Part shown: positions 24,180 through 37,949 of the stretch, piece by piece
How positions within the stretch are numbered: position 1 is the first letter of the stretch
Layout: each line of letters begins with the position of its first letter
NCBI GenBank assembly: GCA_002633005.1
Contig: NMRA01000299.1
Location: 248,001 to 312,000, forward strand
DNA from: Phoronis australis
Taxonomy: Eukaryota > Animalia > Phoronida
DNA: 64,000 nucleotides
Direction of reading: 5' to 3'
Notes under the pieces: model-generated
What the model was told of the DNA's origin: nothing
Databases searched by the model: none
The model's input: the letters and a program-made list of their open reading frames with translations, nothing else
Translations under genes and position numbers: made by a program

Positions 24180-27100
24180 AAGACCCTTCAAAGGATTCAA
24201 AAAAGCAAAATTGCCCACAGAGGGTGCCAAAATAGTCAAAAACATCCAAAAATCAATATCGACCGGAGTCTTTGCATCAGGAACTAAACCGCCAATTTTC
24301 ATAATGATCTTTTAAGATGTTTGACATACACAGAGCCAAAGTTAACGTCAAAAGCATTATTTTTTAAATGGCCACCAGGTAGTGCAGAAACCATCAAATA
24401 TGTCCGAAAATTGGAAGGCGTTGTTGTCTCCTTACTAGAAACCTCTTTCCTGAATTTCATGAATTTAAATGAATACCAAAGATACACTCAGGTAAACGTA
24501 AAAAAATTGCCACTACAGGCACAGTGAATAGTGGTATTTGGATCAGTTTGACATTCGTTATCCTTTGTCGTTGGCTCCATAGGAACACTTCTCTCAAATT
24601 TCACAATGCTCTTTCAAAGGGCTAAGGAGATTTAGCTGCATATGCAAAAAAATTGNNNNNNNNNAGGGGGGGGGGGGGCAACACAGACATCTTATACCAT
24701 AGACCGGGCGCACGCGCTACTGCAGCTGACAACTTGACGCCATATATTGGAGAGTGTTACTAGTCACGAGACACGGATAATCGCTGCGTAAACAAACAGC
24801 GCAAATTGCCCTTTTCAAAGCGCGATATCTAACAAATAAAGAGGCCGAAGAGTGTGATTTTTTCTAGAAACATAAAAAACATGTGACGTAGCACTTGCAT
24901 GTGTTTTTAAGAGTCAATCAGTAGATAGGGAAATTTTCAAACTAATGGAAGATCGCAACCAGTGAGTGAGATTCTTGAGTGGCCTGAGCAGCTGCACGCT
25001 TGTCAATCCACTGCAAGCGTTTTCTTTTTTTGTTTTTTCAAGAGAAACTAGTAAGATCGCGCAAATTAAACATTTAATTTGTATCGTTCGATGCAAATAC
25101 ATTATATCCAGGAGACGTGTTGCTCACTTGGGACGTACTTTCGTGGTGCTTTTTCAGTCTGAAAAATGACCCAGGCGGGTAACTTTCGAAAATTAAAATA
25201 TGACCCGGGTCGCTTTTAATTGGGGTTTAAACTTAACGTGAACTACTGCGAAAACTGACCTTATTGGGGTCATATAAATAAATAACACTGAAGTATTTAA
25301 AGTTCATTAGGGCGTTCTCCCGTTCAGTGACTTCACCAGACGTACAACGGTTGCGGGCATGTGATAACATCTAGCTCCTTTTTTGTTAACTGCCGAGCAC
25401 AGTCTTTTGTCTGGTATAACAACATGCAGTTCAATTATCTACAAGACTTATTACCGATCACCTGTGAACACAGTCGAACCCAGTGCGTTGGTACGTTCGG
25501 ACAGAATAGATTGTCTATTATCTTCAATTGTAGATGGGCGATTTTGGTGATTCAAAAACTATAGGCATGATCTGAGTGTTTGGTGGGGAATTCAGAAATG
25601 TCATTGGTTTATGTTCAAACATTTTATAACTTAACTTATTTTAACAGCACAGCCCAATGAGGCTATAAGATACATGTATGATCTTATCGGAGATTAGACC
25701 AATTATTGAACAAAAGAGAGCTGACCCTCCCTCCCCTAATTGCCAGAATGGACTTCTGAATCACCAGTGTACTAAGATACTGGCTACAGCACATGGGCAC
25801 GGATCTGAAGTCTCCCCACCCCCAAACAAGCGCCAAGCACTTGTTGACGTTTTGTAGTATCCCTATACCGTGTAATTATGTGCTCAGCCCCTCTCCCACA
25901 CATTATTTCGAACCGTTCCTATCCATCCTCGCCTTTAATCAGACATACGTACTGCGCTTCCCTCAGCCAAGAAATTTAAAATAAATTCCTCTCACGCAGG
26001 CTTGGCCTTTTCACGATAGCAAATTTGACTTTGATAGTAAGAAAACTTGGCTGCGATCGGAAGGTGGCCAAGTATTTTGGATTGGACTTCATGCAGCTCA
26101 GTAGTCAGATATTATATCGTGGCACGAGCGGCGCAAAAATGGCCAGAGTTGCTATTTGGGCAAACTGAATGAAGGACTGTTAGAAAAATAGTGATTGTTT
26201 TCGCTTCAGCCCAACACCCCCACACCATATTCCTGGTCGACGCCGTTCAGTACTTTCACTCCCTAATTGCGGCATATATTGAAAACGCAAGATTTCCCTT
26301 GCTACACGCCAACTCAGGTGACCCCCAGACCTAAACATCCGCGTATCAAACATTGTTGAAAGATTGCCAATTGCGGGTAATGTGTCTGCTTATCCTAACC
26401 CCCCGTTGCGGGGGAACCGTTGAATAATGACGAGACACTGGTTTTCACGGAAGTGAGGTAATTTTTTCACGGGCTGAAAATTCTTCACATTAAATTTTGA
26501 CCTTGTGAAAAAACTAACTGGGGTCATTTTTCACAAGGTCATTATTTAATGGTACACCGGCTCAGTTGGGAATATCTCCACTCGGTTTCGAGTGGGAAAT
26601 TCTGAATTTCGGGTATACTATAGCTCAGTTGCGCAATTCAGTCGTACAGGTTTGATATTTTGGTTACTATGCACTTTTCTTTTTGCGCCAGTTTTGGGTC
26701 GCAAAACAAAGAGCTCGTAAGCGAGCAGAGCAAATCTACAAAATTTCCAATATCAACTTCGACATAAGTAGAGATTTTGCAAGAATTTGTTTGTTTTGAT
26801 ACAAAATAAAACATCTGATTTTGGAATACTATTACTAAGAAATGAGTTTTTAAAGCAGTAGGCCTATGTATTTCAATAGAGAATACATACTGATTTGGAT
26901 GGCTGGCGAGAAAGTTCAGGGATGTTATTTTTCAGTACAAGTAAAAATGCATATGATTGTCATTAATAAGAAATGTTTACTTAATTACAATTAACAAACA
27001 GCATAATCATTGGACAACACCATCTGCTGGTCAATAACTATCTTTTTAATTGATCTTCCATAGCCTCAATCACTCAGACTGTGGAAACAACGCATAGTCG

Positions 27101-28190
27101 CTCCGCTTAAACTGTGGTTTCTGAACATAAAAACTTAGTGGCAGCACCACTAAGCTCCATGGCCGAACCAAAAAACCCATGACTCAAGGGCAGGACCAAA
27201 AAAACTTAACTCTTTGGCTGCAGGCATAACACTACGAGCCTGCCGATTTTCTGATTGATGCCGTAAGGCTCCCAATGTTTTCCGTCATTTTTGTCCTGTG
27301 TAAAACTCTCCAATATGGCGTCATATTGACAACGCGAGCTTCATGTATCTGAGTGGCGTGCCTGGTCTATGTGATGTCTATTCGTCAAACGCATCTGAAA
27401 GCCAACATCAGTCGCGGTCTTTACATGAGAAACAGAATCTGTAAACTTTCACACTGATCCTTCAATAGATATGGCAGATAAGGAGACAAACGCCAAAAAA
27501 TTAGTGCAAAAATAACACAAATGGCCACCAGGTGGAGCAGAAAACGTCACATCTGTCCAAAAATGGGAAGGCGTTGTCGTCTCCTTACTAGAAACTTATT
27601 TGCTGAATTTCATGAAAATACAATATATTGAACACCGAAGATACAGAACCAGGCGTAAAGAAAACATACTAGGAGACAGCGGGTGGTATTTGTATCAGAC
27701 CAACACTTGTTATCATTTGGCGTTGGCTCCATAGGAATGCATCTTTTCAATTTCAAAAAGCTCCTTCAAAGAGTTAAGGAGATTCACTTGCAGATGCAAA
27801 AAATAACAAAATCACCACTAGGGGGCGACACAGTAGTCAAACTAGGCTGAAAGTTAATGTCAGTCGTGGCCTTCTTATCAGAAAAATATCCTGTAAATTT
27901 TTATAATGATCCTTTGAGTAATACAGCAGAACATGGGCACAAAAATAACAAAAATGGTCATCAGCTGGTGAAAAATCCATCAAATAAGACTGAATATGGA
28001 ATGGCATCATCACATCTTTATTAAAAGTCTATTCGTTGAATTTCATGAAAATCCTTCAAGGAACTCCGAAGATAGAGGCAAACATAAAAACTAAAACTGC
28101 CACTAGGAGGCACAGCGGTACTCGAATCAGTCTGAAATTTATTGTCATTTGTTGTCAGCAATATAGAAGCACACCCGCACAAAATTCCTA
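24180..28190 (+). mobile_element. Degenerate HINE-like element interrupted by a TIR element
   Basis: HINE subunits at about 24180-24684 and 27380-28190. Confidence 0.6.
24698..27371. mobile_element. Non-autonomous TIR DNA transposon (CATAGACC termini, superfamily unresolved)
   Basis: CATAGACCGGGCGC..TGACGCCATATATTGGAGAG vs CTCTCCAATATGGCGTCA..GCCTGGTCTATG. No clear TSD. Confidence 0.55.
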
Positions 28191-28198
28191 TTACTTAC

Positions 28199-28388
28199 CT
28201 GAAGCAACAGAGGGCAGGGCCATAGACTCACTTATGTCGATGGCTGAAGGGCTGCTGAGGATCTTCTTATCTATTTGAACTGACTCGATTATCTCCGTGT
28301 TGTATTCTACAGCCAGTAAATTCTTCATTCCATTGAACAAATGAGCCAAACCCATTTCGGTGACATTTCGGAATCCCGTAAGGTTCAC
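28199..28388 (-). CDS. Exon, LRR_CC + linker (VNLTGFRNVTEMGLAHLFNGMKNLLAVEY..)
   Basis: TAG acceptor, CAG|GTAAGT donor, phase 0-1. Confidence 0.85.
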
Positions 28389-28624
28389 CTACAGTGTATG
28401 GAGTGGATGAATAATCAAAGTACAACTAAATGTACAACTAATCAAACACCAATGAACTTTTCTTCAAGTCACCATTAGGGACGTAAATTGTAAGTGACGA
28501 GGGCCTGAATTACACAGATCTCTAGTAACTTAATATTTAAAACAACAGTGACAACCAACATTTTTGATGAGTTAGGTACGACATTACAGGCCAGTGTGGA
28601 TATAACAATTATCACAGAGCCTAC

Positions 28625-28846
28625 CAGTTTAGTTGACGGAAGAAACTTGGTCAAGTAAAATAGTCCACTGTCTGTAATCTGGTGACAACCCCGAAGATCG
28701 ACCACCTCTATTGAGGTACGCTCCGGCTTGTCTTTAAGTATGGCTGCTGCCCAAGCAATGGCACAGTCGGTCATAGCCTCATTTCCAGAAACATCTAATA
28801 TCACCTGAGATCCCCTACCTCCAGACTTTCCAGTTGCCAAGTGATT
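28625..28846 (-). CDS. Exon, cysteine-containing LRRs (VILDVSGNEAMTDCAI..VVDLRGCHQITDSGLFYL)
   Basis: LxLxxCxxITDxGLxxL consensus; GTAGGC donor; acceptor at 28846 or 28804, both phase 0. Confidence 0.85.
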
Positions 28847-29945
28847 CTGTTGATCAGAATTATTTTTAGAATTAACTTGACAGAGCAAAGTTCAAATTAA
28901 TGAAAATTCACAAGTGGTCATATTGACAAAAATCAATTCCACACTGTCACCCAAGTTCAAATCTTAAGTGTAACCAGCTGCTTGTTTGGTACAAACATCA
29001 ATAGAACCTGAGTTTAAGACTGTGTGATATGATTCCTATTCTGAGACTCTCATGAAGGTGTTGTACTGTTGAGCATTATACAAAAATATGGTCTTTCATG
29101 GTCTTTGTCATCTTTCATTAGAGCACCCTTTTCCTGAAGTCAGACCGAGACAACAGTTTTATACTGAATGACGCCCAACACAAAGGTCCAACTTGAACAT
29201 TCCATAATTTGAATTGTAACAAAGGTTTCATATCCCACCTTTAACCTTCCATTAACATTCAAACAGTTCCATTGAAAAGTAATCGAATGAAACCTGGACA
29301 AATCAGTATATTGGTGTGATGTGTAGAGATGAGGAAGACTCAATCTATTAGCTGTCAAGGATGGTCAACGTTAGTAACACTAGATGTCATTATTACAACA
29401 CAGTTCCAGATGTTTGGCATCGTTACGAAGAACAAAAATTGAGCCATTCATGACAGCAACCATGGTAATTATTCTTGTCAAGTATGTAAATTTTGGATTG
29501 AATGCTACTTATACTAAGTGCAAGCTTTTTACGAGACAACTGATGAGAGATCATGGAGTGAGGTCAAGCAAGCTCCAGAAAGCAACTTTGAAGAAAAATC
29601 AGAAATTGTATGCCTCCTACATGACACGCAAACTTAAAATCAAAAGACTTCATTGTAATGTTTCTCCAGGCTCGTTTGATTTGAAATTAATGACGGAGAC
29701 TCCAAACCATGAAAACTGCATCAACTTAGACATTTACAATTTTGACTAGTAACAGAGTTTGAACCACCGGCACTTGCATACACTTTCTGAGCAGCTGTTT
29801 TGACTAAACCACGTATGTAAGAGTCTTACATCATAACCATTGAACAAAATGAATGAGATTCCAGAATTTTAATTCATAATTTATATATTAAGTGCAATAA
29901 CTGGATATAATATATGCTTCCTCATAAATCAATGAATTCACTCAC

Positions 29946-30031
29946 CGCTCTAAGCAGGTAATCACCCAGACTGTTGACGTCAAATTTCTCTGGACGAATT
30001 AGAGCAGGACTGGCTTTCATTCCATCATAAG
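29946..30031 (-). CDS. Exon (YDGMKASPALIRPEKFDVNSLGDYLLRA)
   Basis: CTTTCTGCAG acceptor, GTGAGT donor, phase 1-0. Confidence 0.8.
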
Positions 30032-31464
30032 CTGCAGAAAGGTGTTACACGAACATCATATATCATAAGGTACCAAGGGTTATAAAGAAAGCATTTTCAG
30101 ATTGCAGTCTACAACTCTGATTGTTTGCATTGAACAAACAGACATTTCCTCATTACTGATGAAAAGCTAGACTATCAAATGTGTCTAGTAGATGATTCAA
30201 AGTTATGGATAAATCTGAAAGGAAATCAGCAAAAACAAGGAATGCCATGAAAACCTAATCCTCTGATTGAAATCTTCGATGGAAAAGTAGAGGACAATAA
30301 CCTTTCACTTGCCAAATTCAAAATCTACACGAGACATCTCTATGTTATGATAAACTCTCTCGTCAAGTCTGAGGACCATAGTCAGCAAAAAGAGTTCTAT
30401 AGTAAATAATGGATGGTACAAAATATTTCAAGTGCAGGTCACCGCAGTGACCTAACCTCAAAATTAATGGCGATCATTTGCAAATCAAGTTCAACCCGCC
30501 ATTCAATGTCTGAGACCCACAGCCATGACCTCCAGATTATCATCAGCACCCAAGGCATAAGGCTTTGTGAGTGAACCAAAAAAGAATCCAATTTGAGGAA
30601 ATTAGTGCTAGGCTTCTAGACAAAACTTAAGTTATTTTTAACCTAAGATCAATAGCCCATTGATCTGTATAGGCAAAAGACATAGGTGTAGGTCAGCAAC
30701 TCCTAATGACACTCTAATTTTATCATAAGCCACAATAACTTGTGAACAGGGAGCATATATTCCAAAATCGAATATGTCTAATCATTTAGACCCTAGCAAA
30801 CATCAAGGATTGGAGACAAAATAATTTCTTTCTGGATCAAAAATTAGAAATTTTTAAAAATAAAATTGTGGTGACCAGAGTTAAGTTTCTGCTGATGAAT
30901 TCAATGAAACCTTCTGAACTGATTCTGAAGACAGTCCACAGATGAAAGAGGAAATTTCCTCAGCACTAAACAGTATTCAATCATTTTAATACCATAAGAC
31001 AATATCTGACAACATTACACACTCCTCTATACAAATTTCACTGCATTCCTTTGGGGCATTAACACAGTTCATTAGTGCTGATGTGTGTTGGCCTACACAA
31101 GTCAACTTCCAACATTGTGTTGCTCAGCCAGGTTACAAAAACTATGTTGGGAAATTTCCACAAAAAAGCAACAGCTCCACTGACAGGTCTTTTTTCTCTT
31201 TTCTTTGTTGTTAACTGGTTTCGTTTTTATATTTCAAAATATATAAAATGGTCGAGGAAAGAATGTTGTCAAAAACTGGCACAGGTTATCGCTGACAGCC
31301 ACCTCTGTCCCATAATTCCCAAACAGAAGCAGCAGTTGTAAGTGGTTATTGTAGTCCCAGCAGGTAAGAAGCATTCCTAGTTGGGAAATGAGTTGTAGCA
31401 CCTGATGAAAAAGCTCTCAAGTCACATTCTGAGCTAATTTTAAAGAACTTAAAAGCTGACAAAC

Positions 31465-31505
31465 CTGGCTTGAACTCTTGATAATTCTTTGGAGGTGTAT
31501 ACACC
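31465..31505 (-). CDS. Exon (VYTPPKNYQEFKP), phase 2-1 adaptor between microexon array and LRR region
   Basis: TTTTCAACATTGCAG acceptor, CAG|GTTTGT donor, 41 nt. Confidence 0.65.
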
Positions 31506-32379
31506 CTGCAATGTTGAAAACGTTCTATGCATAGTTATACATATTATATGTCAAATGATCAGCAATAACAAACATGGCTCTGCATGTGGAGGGTTCTCAC
31601 TTACACTGGTCAGGGCTCTGATTCCCTTATAAAGCCCCAGACAACTTATATGAACCCTATTCAACACGACCTTTGTATTGAAGTAGATCTGAGCTAATGA
31701 AGTGGAAAGGTAATAGCTAGCACTACTGTCTTAATAATGGTGGTCTTTATTACATCCAAATTGTTTTTCTCTGGCATTTGCAGAGTTAAAGCCTGCAATG
31801 TGGAGAGCAGTTTTAACTTGGTACATTTTAAATACTACAAAAAAAACTAAAATGTTAATTTGCGTTGATATTGACAAACTGCCACTGGCACCTAGTGCCT
31901 AATGTGCAAGGTTTACACTAAAAAAACAAAACCAGACTAAAAAATTTCATGGCCCTAAAAGTAGACTATAAATCAACATATACAGGTTTCATTGAAAAGT
32001 AAGCTGTTCTTGGCCTTAGATAGTTTCTGTGTTCAACAAACTTTCGTATTGTCTACATAAATGTCTTCCTTCAGATGGCAGTTAAATTAGTAGATCACCG
32101 AGTGTGTGTGTGAGTGGCATCACAAACACAAACGCATGAGTATATATAAAATAAAACACTGCACAAAACATTTCATAGTAAAACAGTTGCTGTACTTCGA
32201 CTAAACTTCAGTCATTCAAGGCAAATAAATTTAAAATCATAAATGCTATCGTGTATGATACATGAAACAAGAACAATGACATTAAACACAAACATAAGGT
32301 AGCATATATAAGAGCGCAATTACATAAGGAATTGCCATGGAAATTAATGTACTATAAAACACTGTAGAATTTTAAAACT

Positions 32380-33150
32380 CGTTCATCTTATATAACGTGA
32401 ATGGAATTGGTTTTGGTAGAATAGTTTTTTGGAAAAACTACCAATTTGTTTTAAATGCACAGGCTTCATATTCTCGTCAACAAACTTATTACTGTTACAG
32501 GTTTCCCAATCTGAGCAAGCAGAATGTTATATGCTCTTTTCAAAAAGCTCGTCAAAACAGAGAGCTATCTCAGAGGACATTGGGTGGTTTCATGTAAACA
32601 AACCCCATCATATGTTGGTTCCCTGTATACTGAGGTTTTAATGCCAGATTCATCATAATCAACAAGTATGTCTAAGAACGGAACCGAAGCTTGTTGCTTA
32701 CTTGTAATTCATGTGTGAATTTTAATACAGAATTTTGCTCAAAAGCAAGTTTGATCTCCATCAGCTTATAATGGTTGACAATCATAAAAATATCATCAAC
32801 ATACCTGCAGAACATGTTCGGCTTTTCTTGAAGACTATCAATAACCTTAGTTTCAAGGTTACACAGTCATGTAAAAGTCATCAAAAGTTGGTCCGAGAGG
32901 TGATCCCATGGATACACCATTGGTTTGTAAATACAGTTTGCCATCGATGTTTCTAAATGGTACTTTTGTCGTACAAAGTAATAAGCAAATCTCGTACTAC
33001 CTCTTTAGGAATACTCGGAGGAGCCCTTGATACGTAGCTATACATAGAAGAAATGATAATTTCTACACTTTCAACAACAGGGACGTTTAATAGACTTTCA
33101 ATGTCAAGAGATGCAGGATAGGAATTTGGTGTTGCGTCAATAGATCTCAA
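32380..33150 (-). mobile_element. Penelope-like reverse transcriptase remnant
   Basis: ASLDIESLLNVPVVESVEII, NGVSMGSPLGP, FCRYVDDIF; contains frameshifts and stops. Confidence 0.85.
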
Positions 33151-33257
33151 TAAATATAAAAATCATCATGAGATTTCACATTGTACTTACAAGGTAAGTA
33201 CTGTTTGATGAGTTTATCTAATTAAACCTAGTGTATGAAAGAAGGTCTGCTACTCAA

Positions 33258-33330
33258 ATATACATTTATATACATTATATACATATATATATATATATAC
33301 ACATATATATATACACATATATATATATAC
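33258..33330. repeat. (TA)n/ATAC microsatellite
   Basis: Direct reading. Confidence 0.9.
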
Positions 33331-33780
33331 TGTGGTTGCACAAACAATTAATGACATAAGTTATATGGAATTCTTTTAGCCCAGAAATTAAATGGTCCAA
33401 TTCAATTACTACCTTTAAAGTAAATATTAAAAAGTGGCTGTAATTTACTTGACCTTTTATACCCTGCCTATCTTAATCATGTCATTTTTTTCATTGTCGT
33501 AAATACTCTCACTGTCTAGAATCATCTCTTAATTTATTTCATCTGTCTTAGTTAATTTTTTACCATTATTTGTCATTTAGTTGTTGTCTTAATTATCAAC
33601 CCGTTTTAATTCATGATTGTATCTTTGTTACGTATATTTCATTGTTGTTTTATTACTTCATTGTATTATATTACTGTTTTTCTTGTTGAGGGCCCTCTTG
33701 GAAAGCAGTGCTATCACTGAAGAGGCCACCCTCATTTTAAATATCACAATAATAAATAAATAAATACATATATCACTCAC

Positions 33781-33795
33781 CTCGGCTGGCTTAAC
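33781..33795 (-). CDS. 15-nt phase-2 microexon (LSQPR)
   Basis: TTTTTTCAG|GTTAAGCCAGCCGAG|GTGAGT. Confidence 0.7.
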
Positions 33796-34623
33796 CTGAA
33801 AAAATCGTTGCAAAGGTAATAAACAGTTAGTAATGGAAAAATTCATGTAGTTAGTAACACATAATTATTCAACATCAAAGTTAAGGATGCATTCATAGAG
33901 ATAAGCAGCAATATATTTTAGCTTAAAGCTACATTTCACCCAGTAACTTGAATGGCTAAAAAACGGAAATTGAATTATGTTTTTTACTCTCATAAATCAG
34001 TCTCATAATATTCCTTCCTGTGACAGGATTCTGTTTCCATTACCAACAAGGACATCCAAAGCATCATGAGAGAACCAAGAAAACACTTCCAACTTTATTG
34101 TGGCTGTCCAAAACTCGAATTGTCAATTCGAAATAAGATCATAGAAACCATTAACAACTTATTATAAGAAAATGTTTCAAATTGCACTGGGTTTGGCCAA
34201 CATTAAAATAGTGAATTCAAAAATTCACAAATTGCTTGTGACTTTATTTTGTAATGGAAATGGAATCACCTATCATGAACATGAGACCAAACTGAAGAGG
34301 GTAGTAGGACCAATTCAATTTTCAATTTTAGCAAGCTAAACAGGTTGAAATGCAGCTTCAAGAAAATGACTTTTCTCTGACAAAGGAAGGCCAGAGGGTA
34401 TTTGCTATTTTTGCCACTAATTAATCACACAATTAACAATGTAATCCATAAATACCAATGACAATATATATTCAACTAGTAATTTTGTTAAAACTATTTT
34501 TTGAAGTTTAGAAACTTTTCTAAATTTGCCCCAATAGTTATTGCTTGCAAATGATAAACTACCATGTGTTTCACAGATAGCTTCAGAGGACCTGTCTGCC
34601 ATGACAATTTCCGAAAAGTTTGC

Positions 34624-37420
34624 ACAGCACACATCACAAGTTTTTGTCCCACCGGTCGGCTAGGAGTCAACCGGCAGCCGGCTGCAGTGCCGTCTCATAA
34701 GGTGACCCACCCAGCCGACTCCACAGCTGACCTTAATTGCTGACCGGCCATCAGCCGACCCGCTGGTCAGCTGCTATTTTTAGGCTAGAGTAGCAGTTGC
34801 GTAATAGGATGTCAGGCCGATACCGCTTTGCGTGCCGATGCACATTCGTCTTGCAGTAAAGACGCAAAATACACAGTTCTGTATTCCCTAAACCCATGGA
34901 CTTGAAAGGCTCTAACTTCAAAATATGGTTTCGATTTCCACGAACTTAGACAGTGACATCAAACACGGAATTACCACTATTGAGGCTACAACCAATTCCA
35001 GCTTTGCGTATTCCGTTTCCATGCATCAGTGACATTAAAATCTGCACTAGTTACAGGTATCAGCTGGTCATTTACATTGATTCAAATTAAAATAAATATT
35101 TTCTGACAACAACATATTATTCACAAATAAAAAATTTTGAACGGGAAGATGTGAATACGTGGTGACGCTGAGATATTTGTCTCTACGCGTGTGAATCTTT
35201 GGTAAAATGACTGCCATGTCGAAAAAAATGAATACACCAAGGTGCACTTTTTGAGAAGCAAAGCGTCTAAGGATGTTTATAGCGCATGATTTGGACACCC
35301 TAGGTAGTAAGTGACGCTGAATGACACCTGGCTACTGTGGCGGCAAAACAAAAATATCATGCTTGTATCACCTCCTCCCCCTTCTCCGGCCTCGAGTTCT
35401 GCACCTTCCAATGAGTCACCAAGCTTCATGTCTCCTCATACAGTATTAGGCATGCATATTACATCATACAACATCTCAGTAAAACTTGTTATCAATCAAG
35501 GTAGAAAACATTATTTGTATCATTGCCACAAGAACATAACATTGATTCATGCCAAAGGTTTGAAATAATGCCCCCTTAAGAGTTTTGACTTGCCCTGGTG
35601 ACCAATGGAATCGATGCAATAAACTTATACAAGTTGTTTTTTAACCTGTGTCACAGAACTGAAGATTGTATGCGTTTTCGTTACTTTCCGAGTTTGTTCT
35701 TTTTGAATCACAGGTTTATCATTTTTACGCTCTACATGAACATGTAGACTACCTGGGAACTTTTCTTTAGGATTACATGTACCGAGTTACTCCGATGATT
35801 TATTTTCAGAGTTTTACCCCGTGTTCTTATTCCAAAGGGCTCGGAAGGCTCTAGCCTTGGTGCGAAGCTGTTTAGTACTAAATTAAATATACAACTTTGC
35901 GCTGATGTGGGTAAAACTGAACAAATAAAATCTTTCTTGAGTAATGTAAATTATTTACCGGTGTTGCAAAAAAAGATTTTCTACTGTTATTCTGCTGCTA
36001 AAATTGTGATGTGATCTTCTGCATCGGTTTTCGGCGGAATGAAATATTGCGTCACCTATTACCCAGTTTCTTTTTCCCAGAATCTTCAATCAAACGTTCT
36101 CCATCAAGGTTGCGTAAAGATAAAAAAATGATCAGAATTCGTTTAACTTAATTATGAGTTTTTAGAATTTTGATAGCACTAAACCGAATTTTAGAACAAA
36201 TTTTCCGCGATGTTGTCATCTCATGGAAGATGTCGAAAATAATCTGGAAGTGGCGCGTGTCACAAATGTAATCCTTTCAAAACGACAACTTACCTTTCTT
36301 TGATACAAAAGGCGGAGAATCACACAAGAAAATGACGTTGAATGTTTTTGCTTAACGGCTGCACACCCACCAGTCTTGAGCTGATGTTGATACAAGTTTC
36401 ACGACGAGGTGACTTGCGCAAAAAATCCGGGCTGTGTGCAATTTTGGGGTATGTCGGAGCTACATACACAGAGCCACCTTGCTGTATTTTGGCGACGGTC
36501 TTCATACAGCTAGCTCGGGCTAGATAGGATCGCTCTAACTTTGAAACAATTTTTTACTCCGAAAATGACAACAAATTCAGAATGATGGTGGATCATGGCT
36601 GATACTATAACTGATCACATTCTTCCGTTTTCATGCGCCCATGATCTTAATATCTGCGCTATGTTCAAACCATTGTTTTTGTTGCTCCTAAAATAAACTT
36701 TTGTTCTTTTGCTTTACCAACATGTTAAGAAACGGTACAAAATTAAACGCTGTCTAGTTATTTGTGGGAAAGCGCAATATACAGCGTGATGAAGGGATGA
36801 TCAAGTGCAAGAACGGATGACCGCAAACGCGTGCTACTTGTTGAGCATTACCCGAAATGAAAACACTTGAAGTCGTTAAACATCCAGCGTTGTATTCTGA
36901 TTTTTATGCAAATTTACTGTAACATTTCAAATTTCTTGGTTGTTGACACTTTTACTACGCATATCTAGAGCTCAAAATTATGTTTCCGCGATATCATTTT
37001 ACATTTGAATTTACCACGCCGTCTGCAATTCAACATAAAGTTTACGTTGTTTTAATTTCACGCAATTAATATTTGTAGGTTGATTCGATTTTACCACCTT
37101 TCAATAGTTGAACAAAAGTTGATAAACTGACGTCAAGACCTGCGGAGTGGCCACTTGTGAATGAACAGCGAACTGTTAAATGTTTGTTTGGCCAAAGTTC
37201 ACCCGCTAAGTCATAAAATGGTAATTGCCGACCAAGGACACGCATAATCCAAATTGGTTGTCTATGCTAGGCGACCACTTTGCCGACCCAAGTGCCGACC
37301 ACAGAGGCGACTCAGCAGACGGCTCCTAGCCAACCATTGTTGGTCGGCTGCTGGTCGGGTAGACGGCTGGTCGTCGACCAATTTCCGACCAGTAGGACAA
37401 AAATTCGTGATGTGTGCTGT
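34624..37420. mobile_element. Non-autonomous TIR transposon, probably CACTA/EnSpm-like
   Basis: About 36-bp TIR ACAGCACACATCAC..TTTTTGTCC..GGTCGG at both ends; clustered subterminal CCGACC/GGTCGG repeats. Confidence 0.7.
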
Positions 37421-37826
37421 ATAGTGTGAGAGAGTGCTATGGAATTGTTTGAGTTTGTAAAAGAACTTGAATTGACAGAGAAACTTAGTTTTGTGGTGTG
37501 GTTGATTATATCATATCTATGTATACTTATCCTATGCAACTTCGCACGATTGTCCCAACTAGTCAGCATACCTACTCAGAACACTAAAAACTACAGTGAG
37601 CAAACCGCCAAGTCCTTGTTCGTTGAGTGACGCGATTACACACTCAAAGACCCTATGTTGGTAGCATTATGATAAAAGTTCCCTAACAAATCAACACAAT
37701 TGGTTTCATTTTTTTAACTTTTTAACCTTTTGGTGGCTAACATTGAAATAGTCTGTCCAGTTTATACTCCCTCAAGTCCATAAATTTCCATCACGAACAT
37801 TTTGAATTATGCAACCTTACACTTAC

Positions 37827-37856
37827 CTTAAAGTTGACAATCTAGAAACCTCCGCA
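37827..37856 (-). CDS. 30-nt phase-2 microexon (AEVSRLSTLR)
   Basis: TTTTTCTTGCAG acceptor, AAG|GTAAGT donor. Confidence 0.7.
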
Positions 37857-37949
37857 CTGCAAGAAAAATAATGTCACTCTATCAGTAACGGCAAATAAAT
37901 AATTTAAAAAAAAGAATGCAAAACTGCTTATAAATACACGTTTTCCTAA

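Noticed and set aside
11245-28846. Naming the gene LRRK2, LRRK1, MFHAS1 or an FBXL gene
   Set aside because: No kinase, ankyrin or F-box domain is seen, the LRR class differs from LRRK/MFHAS1 and the GTPase motifs are absent; no symbol can be justified.
31605-31792. Candidate exon(s) with GTAAGT donor at 31604
   Set aside because: Could not be placed in a phase compatible with neighbouring exons; stops in the long versions.
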